A stretch of DNA of 64,000 nucleotides from Acidobacteriota bacterium (lineage in GTDB: Bacteria > Acidobacteriota > UBA6911 > RPQK01 > JAJDTT01), in the NCBI GenBank assembly GCA_965263035.1, contig OZ253580.1:3520001-3584000 (forward strand), given 5' to 3'. The notes beneath the pieces are model-generated. The model worked only from the letters and a program-made list of their open reading frames with translations, had not been told where the DNA came from and did not search any database. How positions within the stretch are numbered: the stretch's first letter is position 1; each line of letters begins with the position of its first letter. The translations under genes and the position numbers were made by a program. Positions 1 to 8,312 of this stretch are shown here, one piece after another.

Positions 1-1
1 G

Positions 2-148
2 GTGGGATGGGACGAATCCCGCCGGGAATGGATCGTCCACGACCCGGTGAAGGGACCCTATCAACGGCGGCCGGCGGGAGAGATGGCGCGGCAGCGTTCG
101 CGGCTGGAAAACTGGACACTTCTGGTCATTCCCGAAACTCCTTCCTGA
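2..148 (+). CDS. 3' end (partial) of a C39-like / PA2778-type cysteine peptidase
   Basis: Not in the ORF track. Frame from base 2 reads VGWDESRREWIVHDPVKGPYQRRPAGEMARQRSRLENWTLLVIPETPS* (TGA 146-148). The VG.D...VHDP..GP...W.L.V.P pattern resembles the C-terminal half of papain-like C39 peptidases; the catalytic Cys/His lie outside the window. Confidence 0.6.
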   Translation: MGWDESRREWIVHDPVKGPYQRRPAGEMARQRSRLENWTLLVIPETPS

Positions 149-197
149 GGCGGTTCCGGCAACAACCGCAATCGCGACTGACTACAATGTCCGGCGT

Positions 198-1958
198 ATG
201 CTTGGGCTCCACGCCGCATGTCTCCGGCTCCTTGTTTCGAGTCGGCTCGCCTTGCAGGGTGAAGCGCTCCAGCCGTCGCCGATTCGCTCCTGCGTCTCCG
301 TAGCCCTGTTGCTGAGCCTGGTTCTCGCTCCGGCCGGCTTGGCCTCCGGCACGGGAGAGCTTTTGTCCCGCGGCCGAACGGAACTGGAGGCGGAGCGATA
401 CCAGGCGGCCGAGTCGCTCTTTCGGCAGGTTCTGGCGCAGGAGGCGTCCAACAGCGAGGCCTCGTTTCTGCTCGGTCTGGCCCTGGCCAAGCAGGAGCGT
501 TGGGCCGATGCTGAAAGGGAGCTGGAGCGCGCCGTCCTCCTGAGGCCCGGCTACGCGGCGGCCCATGCGGAACTGGCCGGCGTCTATTTCAAGCAGGACC
601 GAAGGGACCAGGCCCGAGCCAGTCTGCGAACCGCCCTGAAGCTGGATCCTCAGAACAGCTATGCCCGGAGCTTCCTGGCCATCCTCTCCTATCTCCAGGA
701 CAGGCGGTTGGAGGCCCTTCACCACTGGAACCTGTTGGGCGAGCCGAAAATCGCTCAGATCGAGGTCGCGGCTTCCGAAGACTCAGAGCCGAAACTGGCG
801 GAATCCCTTTTCCGATTCAACGAAGGCGAGGTTCTGGACAGGAAACAGCTCCTGCAGGCGTATTGGGTCCAGAGCAGGTTCAATCTGGGGCCCCGGTTTG
901 GATGGCAGCTCGACCCGCAGCCGGGGGGACGTTGGAATCTGCGGGTCGACCTTCCTCCAAGCAGGGATTCTTTCTCCAACAAGACCGGGTTTCTGATCGA
1001 GAATTCCTCCCGAGCCGTCTTCAATCGGGAGATCGGTCTCGGGTTACGGGACGGCCGAGGGCGGCGATTGGCGGGAGGGGTTCGGTGGGACGCTCCCCGG
1101 AAGCGGGCCGGGGCGTCCGCGTGGTTCCCCTTCCTGTCTTCGTCCTCCGACCTGTTGCGTCTGGGTTTCGATTTCCGGGACGAGGAATGGAGGCATACCG
1201 CATCGGGCACCGAATATGACTACCGGACGGAAAAGGTCTTCGGCGCCTACGAATGGTTGATGCCCGAACGCAGGTCCCTCGCCTTTCACAGTGGATACCA
1301 GCGCCAGTCTTTTCGATTCGACGGGGACGACGCCGCTCTTCCACAGAGTTCTCACCTCCTGGCCGTGGGACTGGAATGGAATCAACTGTGGGGTCTCGAT
1401 GCTGGGGAAAACGCGCGGTTGAGTTGGATGGCCCGGTTCGACGCCTTTTCGCCTCTCGCCGGAGCCGGAGAACCCGCCCACAGGATGACGTCGGGTCTGG
1501 GAATCGATTGGACGGTGGCCAGGAAAACGGAGACCCGGCTGAGATTGTCGCTTCAGGGTGGAAGCTCGGGCCGGAACCTGCCGCTGGATCACTATTTTCT
1601 GTTCGGGATCGGTCCCGATGCCCGGCTGCCCCTCAAGGCCCATCCCGAATTGCGGGACGGCCGGAGAGGGAACAGTCCCATGGGGCGTGACTTCGTCCTC
1701 TTGGGCGCGGATCTGGGGCGCAGGCTCTGGAGATGGAGGTTCCTCGAAGTGGGGGGATTCGTCTTCAGCGATACGGCGTTTGTCTCGGGCAGGCCGTTTC
1801 TGTCAGGAGAGGGGGAGTGGTTTCAGGACGTTGGAGTGGGGTTGCGTTTCAAGGTGTTGGGTCAGGAGTTCCTGAATGTTTTCCTGGGGCTGGATACTCG
1901 AAGGCGGGCGTTTCATCATTGGGCCGGGCTTCCCAGCGTTGGAGCGGCGGCTTTCTAG
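198..1958 (+). CDS. TPR-repeat protein with C-terminal Omp85/BamA-TamA-like beta-barrel
   Basis: Hydrophobic signal-like stretch VALLLSLVLAPAGLA, about 4-5 TPRs (ASFLLGLALAKQERWADAERELERAV), then amphipathic beta-strands with GGFVFSDTAFV and FQDVGVGLRF motifs typical of Omp85 barrel C-termini. True start may be later (e.g. TTG 252). Confidence 0.7.
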   Translation: MLGLHAACLRLLVSSRLALQGEALQPSPIRSCVSVALLLSLVLAPAGLASGTGELLSRGRTELEAERYQAAESLFRQVLAQEASNSEASFLLGLALAKQERWADAERELERAVLLRPGYAAAHAELAGVYFKQDRRDQARASLRTALKLDPQNSYARSFLAILSYLQDRRLEALHHWNLLGEPKIAQIEVAASEDSEPKLAESLFRFNEGEVLDRKQLLQAYWVQSRFNLGPRFGWQLDPQPGGRWNLRVDLPPSRDSFSNKTGFLIENSSRAVFNREIGLGLRDGRGRRLAGGVRWDAPRKRAGASAWFPFLSSSSDLLRLGFDFRDEEWRHTASGTEYDYRTEKVFGAYEWLMPERRSLAFHSGYQRQSFRFDGDDAALPQSSHLLAVGLEWNQLWGLDAGENARLSWMARFDAFSPLAGAGEPAHRMTSGLGIDWTVARKTETRLRLSLQGGSSGRNLPLDHYFLFGIGPDARLPLKAHPELRDGRRGNSPMGRDFVLLGADLGRRLWRWRFLEVGGFVFSDTAFVSGRPFLSGEGEWFQDVGVGLRFKVLGQEFLNVFLGLDTRRRAFHHWAGLPSVGAAAF

Positions 1959-2040
1959 CCGCCGATTCTTGGGGACGCGGGTACAAGAGGGGAACAGAAA
2001 TGTCCCCCCGCCTAATGGGGGACAAGGATGTCCCCCCTCC
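1941..2040. repeat. REP-like palindrome cluster between convergent genes
   Basis: GGAGCGGCGGCTTTCTAGCCGCCG (1941-1964) plus two copies of GGGG(A/G)ACARRRATGTCCCCCC (1989-2012, 2017-2040). The same composite recurs at 50309-50383. Confidence 0.65.
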
Positions 2041-3680
2041 TAACTGCCCTGGACCTGGAAGTTGTCCTGGACCCGGGTCCTGACGTCTTTGACCTGGTCC
2101 CAGACCTCGACTTCGAGCCGGTATTTCCCGGGTTCCAGACTGCGCAGGTTCAACCTCTTGAGCAGGACCATTCTCCGGTCGGAGAAGAACTGGATCGATT
2201 CTCCTCGGCTGTCCGTGGCTTCCCCGATGACTTCGCCGTCGCGTGAAATTCGGTAGGCCACCTGCATCTGGGGAGTATTGGAGGACTGGTCCATGCCGAA
2301 GTTGTAGAGGTGCAGGTAGACACCCAGCGGGAGCTTCTTGGAAAAGCTCTTGTCGATGCTGGGCCGGATCTTGACGTCTCCCAGGACGAACATCTGGTCC
2401 TGGGCCGGCGCCTCGGGAAGCTCCTGCATGTGGTTGGAAAGCAGCAGCGAGCTGCTGCTCAGCTTCTCCCTTTCCCGCATGCTGGGCGGTGGAATGATGC
2501 CGTGTTTGACGGCGCCGATGTTGTTGCTGGACAGGTCCTTCATGATCAGGTCGAGCTTGTAGCGGGTCCCGCTGTCCAGAAGCAGGACCTTCTGGTAGGT
2601 GGCACGCCCCTCCAAACCCCTCATCAGCCGTTCGGGTCCGAACGACACCACCAGATCCTGATCGAATTCTTCGATGAACTTGTTGCTGAGGCTGGTGACG
2701 ACGCCGTAGAGTCCGACCCGGGCCGAGTGCACCTCGCCGTCGACCTCGAACGACAGGAATTTGTTTCGAATCTCGACGGTGACGGGAACCAGAACCTGCC
2801 CGTCGTTGAGCTTGAAGTAGTCGCTCCGAACCCGGAAGGGAAGGCTGGAATAGCCGACCTCCACCTTGACCAACTCCTTGAGGTCCTTGTACTTGATCTT
2901 CGTGGGGACCATGACCTGGGAGAAGATCTCGTAACGCCGGAAGGGGTTGTTGTTGTGGAGGCGGTTTTCGTAGGCGGTGCTCCTGCCGCCGATCAGGGAG
3001 GGACGATTCTGCTTGTCGCTGAGGCCCATCTGCTCCGACATGGTCAGGCCCATGCCATCGAATTGGAGCAGAGCGTCCTTTTCGTCGGGAAACAGGACCA
3101 GCTTGTACGAACTCGTGTAGGTCCGGTCCACGAACTCCAGAACGATGTCGTCCCCGACACCGTCGAGGTGCCGGTAGCGCCACACCTCCAAGGGATGCAC
3201 GATCGTATGTCCGCCGCCCTCGGAAAAGGGGCGATTGTAGTGGCCTCCAGTCACATAGCTCTCAATTTCATGAGGAGGCCCGTGGAGGATGTAGATCATG
3301 CCCCGATCCGTCTTCCAGCCGGGCTTGCCGGAGTAGAATCGCTCATTCACGTAGGCGATGCGCCGATAATGTTCTTCCTTGAATTCGTTGATGGCCGTCC
3401 TCAGGTTCGGGTCCCTCCGGCGCCAGAACTGTTCGATGAACAACTCCTTTTCGTCCGGGGTGGTCAGGTTCTTGAAAACGGATTCCTCCTCGTCGCTGAT
3501 GATGTAGGTAACGTCCTCGTTCAGCCACCGCTTGAAGTAATCCTCCGCTTCCTCCCGTTGAACGGCGGAAGTGTCTCTATTCTTCTCATTCTCTTTTGCC
3601 AGGGCCTGGCCAGGGGAGGAGAGCGACGCGATGATCAGGAGGAGGAGCGGCAGCAACGGAGGGTGTTGTCGCATTTTCAT
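2040..3680 (-). CDS. GWxTD domain-containing exported protein
   Basis: Signal peptide; motifs WLNEDVTYII, FIEQFWRRRDP, PGWKTDRGMIYILHGPP; Ig-like C-terminus (LEPGKYRLEVEVWD). Confidence 0.92.
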   Translation of the reverse strand: MKMRQHPPLLPLLLLIIASLSSPGQALAKENEKNRDTSAVQREEAEDYFKRWLNEDVTYIISDEEESVFKNLTTPDEKELFIEQFWRRRDPNLRTAINEFKEEHYRRIAYVNERFYSGKPGWKTDRGMIYILHGPPHEIESYVTGGHYNRPFSEGGGHTIVHPLEVWRYRHLDGVGDDIVLEFVDRTYTSSYKLVLFPDEKDALLQFDGMGLTMSEQMGLSDKQNRPSLIGGRSTAYENRLHNNNPFRRYEIFSQVMVPTKIKYKDLKELVKVEVGYSSLPFRVRSDYFKLNDGQVLVPVTVEIRNKFLSFEVDGEVHSARVGLYGVVTSLSNKFIEEFDQDLVVSFGPERLMRGLEGRATYQKVLLLDSGTRYKLDLIMKDLSSNNIGAVKHGIIPPPSMREREKLSSSSLLLSNHMQELPEAPAQDQMFVLGDVKIRPSIDKSFSKKLPLGVYLHLYNFGMDQSSNTPQMQVAYRISRDGEVIGEATDSRGESIQFFSDRRMVLLKRLNLRSLEPGKYRLEVEVWDQVKDVRTRVQDNFQVQGS

Positions 3681-3768
3681 AGTCGCGACGGGTTGAAGCC
3701 TGACCGGGTTCGAGATCCGAAGTGAACGCCTATCGGTACGAACGCCGTATCACGCGACTATAACAGAC

Positions 3769-3803
3769 ATCGGGCTGGCCGCGGCGTGCGCGGCCAGCCC
3801 GAT
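3769..3803 (-). terminator. Perfect 15-bp hairpin, probable terminator/attenuator after the PA2779-type gene
   Basis: ATCGGGCTGGCCGCG-GCGTG-CGCGGCCAGCCCGAT; only a weak U-tract on the minus strand. Confidence 0.5.
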
Positions 3804-3854
3804 AGTGAGTTTTCCGAGCGGAAAGCAAAGGGTGCGTCTACCTGCGGCGAAGCG

Positions 3855-4271
3855 TCAGGGCTCTCCCCGATCGTACGTGTGAACCAGAACGATCGCGACG
3901 AAGACGATGAGGCCCGTGATGACCACCCAGCTCATGAAGGACAGGCCGAGAAGGCCGGCCTGGAACTGCTCGTTCATCTGCTCGCTTTCCCGGGCCAGCC
4001 GGGCCAGCGCCTCGTCGTCCAGCGTGGGTACCGCGACCGCGATCTGCTCCAGGTCGAACAGGTGTCCCAGACGATCCTGCACCGCCTGCTGACGGAGCAG
4101 GGTCTGAACTTCACGAATATTGTCGGCTCGTGCGGCCGTCCGTTCCGAGATCTGGCCCCGCAGCTCCTCGATCGATACCAGGTGAACCGCCTTTTGAGCC
4201 GGAATGGGACCGGCCTGCAGGCTCGTCGAGAAGACCAGGAGGACCGTAAGGAACAAAGAGATGGCTTTCAT
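3855..4271 (-). CDS. PA2779-family-like secreted precursor protein
   Basis: Signal peptide (..STSLQA), helical core VPTLDDEALARLA, then QAG followed by a C-terminal hydrophobic helix. This architecture matches the PA2779 family. Confidence 0.7.
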   Translation of the reverse strand: MKAISLFLTVLLVFSTSLQAGPIPAQKAVHLVSIEELRGQISERTAARADNIREVQTLLRQQAVQDRLGHLFDLEQIAVAVPTLDDEALARLARESEQMNEQFQAGLLGLSFMSWVVITGLIVFVAIVLVHTYDRGEP

Positions 4272-4351
4272 TGTTTATGACCTTTGCATCTGAATGGTGA
4301 CAACGCTGTTTCCATGGAACCGTCCACGGCGCAACCCGTCGGCGCCGATCC

Positions 4352-7300
4352 TCAGAAGTTGATCTTCCAGTAGAGCTGGATGATTCGCGGATCCAAGGTG
4401 TTGCCGATTTTTCCGAAGCCCTGGGGACTGTCCACATTGGAGCCCGCTGAACGCCAGTTGACCCGGTTGAAGGCGTTGAACATCTCCGCCGCGAAGCGGA
4501 AACTCACACCTTCGCTGATCTGGAAATCCTTCATGAGCGAAATGTCTTCCTGCATGAATCCGCAGTTCTGCGCACTGGGATGGACACGGAAGTTCCCCAA
4601 CGTGAAATTGCCCGCCGGACTGAATGCCGCAGGATTGAAGATACGATCCCGTCCCGTTTGGTTGGGGTCGAAGTCGCCGCAACTGACGCCGGTCGTGGGC
4701 TTGACACCGTGATTCCAAACCGCCCACGCGGGACCCATATAGGGCAGGAACTGGCCCGTACCGACGGTCAGGGGATTGCCGGCGTGGTAGACGATGTGAC
4801 CGGCGACTCTCCAGCCGCCGACCAGCAGGTTGGCCAATCGGCCGGCGCCGCCGCCGAAGGTCTTGCCTCGTCCGAAGGGCAGTTCCCACGAAAAGCTCGC
4901 CTTGGTCGCCCAGGAGCGGTTGAAGGGGACTATCGTCTTGGAGGAACTCCAGGTATCCCAATGCTGCAGGGAGGACCCGGCTCGCGGCGCGAAGCTGCCC
5001 CTCTCCGCGACGTCCCCCGAGGTCAGCGATTTGGCAATGGTGTGCGACAGCATGAAGTTCAACCCGGTGGAGAACCGCTTCTGCAGCACCAGGATGGCCG
5101 AGTGGTAGAGGTTGTAACCCGAGTGCGAGTTCAACTGGGCCACCCAGTTGTACTGAGGAAAGCGCCGCAGGGATTGTCCCACGGTCCCGGTGAATCCCGG
5201 ATAGGGCCGGGTGTAGCCGGCGTCTCTGGCGGCCTGGGAATCGATATCCTGCAGCAGGAGGTTCCCGAGACCGAGATAGCTCAGGGGCAGTTGGTTGTAA
5301 CGGGCGATCTGGGTGCCGACGACTCCGTGGCCCAACAGTCCGATGTACTCGGCAGTGAACACCATATCCCAGGGGAGTTCCCGCTCGATGGCCAGACCCA
5401 ACCTCTGGGCGGTCCCCTGCTGGGTCTCGTTGACGTCCACGAAACCGACCGAGGAGCCGTTGATCAGGGACGGGTTCAGGAAAGGAAGGTTGGTGGGCAG
5501 AATGTTGATGCCCTGATCCCAATTGAGGGCCGGCGTCAGACCGAAGTCCGGAGTGTTTTTGGTCACCGAGGCACCGAAACCCTGATTGGGCATGCCGGCG
5601 CCATTGCCCATTTCCCCGTTCAGGGGGAAGTACATCAGCCCGTAATAGCCTCGCGCCACGGTCTTGTCGTTCAATTGATAGGCGAGACCCAGCCGCGGCC
5701 CGAAACTCCTGAAGCCGACGTTGAAGGCCCGGACCCGGCCGTTGCGTCCCTCTCCCTCTCCGTAGAAGGTGAGAGCGCCCGGGAGCCCGCCCGCCTCCGG
5801 ATTGGGAGTGCGGGTGTCCATGAGGCCCCAGCGCCGGTAGGTCTCGTGGAAGGGTATGGGGATCTCCCACCGGAGGCCGTAGTTGACGGTCAGCCGCGGC
5901 GTCGCCCGCCAGGAGTCCTGAGCGTAGAAGGCCCAGCTGTAGCTGGTGACCTTCCTGGCGCTGGCGGTCTCCTGGAGGACTTCGTCCACGTCGCCCATGA
6001 GGAATGAGGCGAACCCGTCACCCGTCTCCGAAAAACCGGGCAGGCCGCTGGTGCGGTTGCGGAAGGTCCAGGTGCCCGCCGTGTGGTTTTCCACGAGGAA
6101 TTTCCCAGCCCAGATGCTGAGCTGGGCGCCGACCTTCACGTTGTGGTTCCCGTTGGTCCAGGACAGATCCATGAAGACGGGAACCGTCGACTGGAAGTGT
6201 GAGGCCGTATCGGTGTTGTCACCGAAGCCGCCTCCGACTGCGCTCTGGATCCTCAGTCTGGGAATCGCGGTGGTCAACGCACCCTGGACGCAACCACCCG
6301 GACAATGGTCCGAGGCGGGCGGCAATTTCCCCTCTCCATAGGTGATCCGGTTGATCCCGAGCCGGGTGCTGAAGAGGAGACTCGGCGACACCGTCCAGAG
6401 GTGATTGAGCCGAACCCGGACGCCGCGGCTCTCGACCGCGACGCTGTTGAGCCGGTTGGCCGGCGACAGGAAGCTCAGCTTCATATTGGGAGTGTCTTCA
6501 TAGCCGATCGTGAACTTGTGGTCTTCATGCTCGATGTCGGTCTTGAGATAGACCTTGTCGATGTCGAAGATGTCCGAACCCTCACCCTCATAGTTGTTGG
6601 TCAGTCCGCCGCCGGGTCTGTTCGGTCCCGGATACGCGGTCATGAGGTGCTTGGCGACGCCGCCGATGCGGCTGGCGGGAATCGTGTTGTTGGGAAAGGG
6701 ATCCCGCAGGAAGCCTCCCTGCCCATCCGACCGGGTGGTGAGGGGATCATAGACCATGCCGGCCCGGACGTCCCGGCCCAGGGCGTCTGTCCCGAGGGAC
6801 CCACCGAGGATCTCGGTGAAATTCCCACTTCGCATGAGCTCGGTCTGGACGGTTCCGATCCTTCCGCTTGGTTGCGTGGACCACTCATAACCAGTGTAGT
6901 TCATCATGAAGAAGGCTTTGTCCTTGACGATGGGACCCCCCAGAATGAACCCCCACTCGTTCTGGATCTGGTCGCCCTTCGAAGAGGCGGTCCATCGGCG
7001 CGCATCCAGGATGTCGTTGCGGTGAAACAAGAAACCACTCCCGTGGAATTCGTTGGTTCCCGACTTGGTGATCATCTCGACGGACACCCCGGAGTTGAAA
7101 CCCTTCTCGGCGTCCTGATTGGTCTCGATGCGAAACTCTTCGATCAACTCGGGCGCCGGTCCGGTTTCGTCGCGCAGTCCCTGATGCCAGTTGATGCTGC
7201 TCTGATGGCCGTCGGTGTTGTATCCGATGGGGTTCCGTTGAGGTCCGTTGTCGCCCACGCCGTGGATCGTCCCCTTGTTCCCATCCCAGGTGGGCTTGAA

Positions 7301-7825
7301 GATCACTCCGGGCAGGGTATTGATCAGCACCATGGATTGCCGGACGAAGAAGCTCATGTGGACCGGAAGGACTTCAAGCACTTCCGAGTCCTGGGCGTGA
7401 GCCACGGTGGTGTCGGTTGTCTTGATCAGTGTCGCCTGACCCGCGACGGTGACCGTTTCCGTCACGTCGCCGACCTCGAGCACGATGTTCACCGTCCGAG
7501 TCGTGTCCGAGGTGATTCGCTGTCGGGTCACGACCTTGGTCTTGAATCCGGTCAGGCCGCCCGTGACCTCATATTCGCCGATCCCGAGGGCCTGGATCAG
7601 GTAGTAGCCGCTGTCGTTGCTCACCGACATTCTTTCGATGCCGGTGGCCACGTTGCGCGCGGTCACGTCCACACCCGGGATCACGCCGCCCGATGCGTCG
7701 GTGACGGTCCCCTGGATGTTCCCGGCGCCTTGTTGGGCGCGCTGCGCCTGAGCCGGTCCACCGAGATGGAAGCCGAGGATCAGTACCAGTAGAAAGCAGG
7801 AAATCAGGTGGGTTTTCGGTCTCAT
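4352..7825 (-). CDS. TonB-dependent receptor (Oar-like) with carboxypeptidase regulatory-like N-terminal domain
   Basis: GTVTDASGGVIPGVDVT, TKSGTNEFHGS, YAQDSWRATPRLTVNYGLRWE, C-terminal PRIIQLYWKINF; RBS AGGAG. Confidence 0.93.
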   Translation of the reverse strand: MRPKTHLISCFLLVLILGFHLGGPAQAQRAQQGAGNIQGTVTDASGGVIPGVDVTARNVATGIERMSVSNDSGYYLIQALGIGEYEVTGGLTGFKTKVVTRQRITSDTTRTVNIVLEVGDVTETVTVAGQATLIKTTDTTVAHAQDSEVLEVLPVHMSFFVRQSMVLINTLPGVIFKPTWDGNKGTIHGVGDNGPQRNPIGYNTDGHQSSINWHQGLRDETGPAPELIEEFRIETNQDAEKGFNSGVSVEMITKSGTNEFHGSGFLFHRNDILDARRWTASSKGDQIQNEWGFILGGPIVKDKAFFMMNYTGYEWSTQPSGRIGTVQTELMRSGNFTEILGGSLGTDALGRDVRAGMVYDPLTTRSDGQGGFLRDPFPNNTIPASRIGGVAKHLMTAYPGPNRPGGGLTNNYEGEGSDIFDIDKVYLKTDIEHEDHKFTIGYEDTPNMKLSFLSPANRLNSVAVESRGVRVRLNHLWTVSPSLLFSTRLGINRITYGEGKLPPASDHCPGGCVQGALTTAIPRLRIQSAVGGGFGDNTDTASHFQSTVPVFMDLSWTNGNHNVKVGAQLSIWAGKFLVENHTAGTWTFRNRTSGLPGFSETGDGFASFLMGDVDEVLQETASARKVTSYSWAFYAQDSWRATPRLTVNYGLRWEIPIPFHETYRRWGLMDTRTPNPEAGGLPGALTFYGEGEGRNGRVRAFNVGFRSFGPRLGLAYQLNDKTVARGYYGLMYFPLNGEMGNGAGMPNQGFGASVTKNTPDFGLTPALNWDQGINILPTNLPFLNPSLINGSSVGFVDVNETQQGTAQRLGLAIERELPWDMVFTAEYIGLLGHGVVGTQIARYNQLPLSYLGLGNLLLQDIDSQAARDAGYTRPYPGFTGTVGQSLRRFPQYNWVAQLNSHSGYNLYHSAILVLQKRFSTGLNFMLSHTIAKSLTSGDVAERGSFAPRAGSSLQHWDTWSSSKTIVPFNRSWATKASFSWELPFGRGKTFGGGAGRLANLLVGGWRVAGHIVYHAGNPLTVGTGQFLPYMGPAWAVWNHGVKPTTGVSCGDFDPNQTGRDRIFNPAAFSPAGNFTLGNFRVHPSAQNCGFMQEDISLMKDFQISEGVSFRFAAEMFNAFNRVNWRSAGSNVDSPQGFGKIGNTLDPRIIQLYWKINF

Positions 7826-8079
7826 GAACTCTCCTATATTAATGAATTTCGGAACCGAGGTTTTTTCGTCCGCTGAAATTGCTCAGATCTCGGCCTTCAC
7901 TGAGGGACATGCCGGAACTCTGGTGGTATCGGCTGGGCGCAAATATTCGTGAAGATTCCGAGTCCTGGAGGATGCTCCATTAAGTCCTACGCACGCACGT
8001 AGCGCTGGGATGCAAGGACAATAGAGAACTGTATGTAGCAAGAGAAGGAGAGGAAGTCAACGCCCCCCCCCGCAAAAAA

Positions 8080-8168
8080 TGGTGCCGGAGGGGGGAGTCG
8101 AACCCCCACGGGTGTTGCCACCCGCCAGATTTTGAGTCTGGTGCGTCTGCCAATTCCGCCACTCCGGC
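8080..8168 (-). tRNA. tRNA-Leu(CAA)
   Basis: Reverse complement GCCGGAGTGGCGGAATTGGCAGACGCACCAGACTCAAAATCTGG...GGTTCGACTCCCCCCTCCGGCACCA; long variable arm, anticodon CAA, encoded CCA. Extended -10 TGCTATACT upstream (~8201-8209). Confidence 0.96.
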
Positions 8169-8312
8169 TCCCGTCGATGGAACTGGCGTTCGAGTCTGGC
8201 AGTATAGCAGCCCCTCGCAGGCGTCGCCGCCGCATACCGGCTCCGAAATCTGGACAGTGGGAGCGGGATGTCCCAAGATTCCCGGCAACAGGATTCTCGG
8301 AAAGGAGACCTC

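Noticed and set aside
8080-8100. tRNA-Leu 3' end as an integration site for an island carrying the TonB/GWxTD genes
   Set aside because: No integrase and no direct repeat of the tRNA 3' end found within the window.
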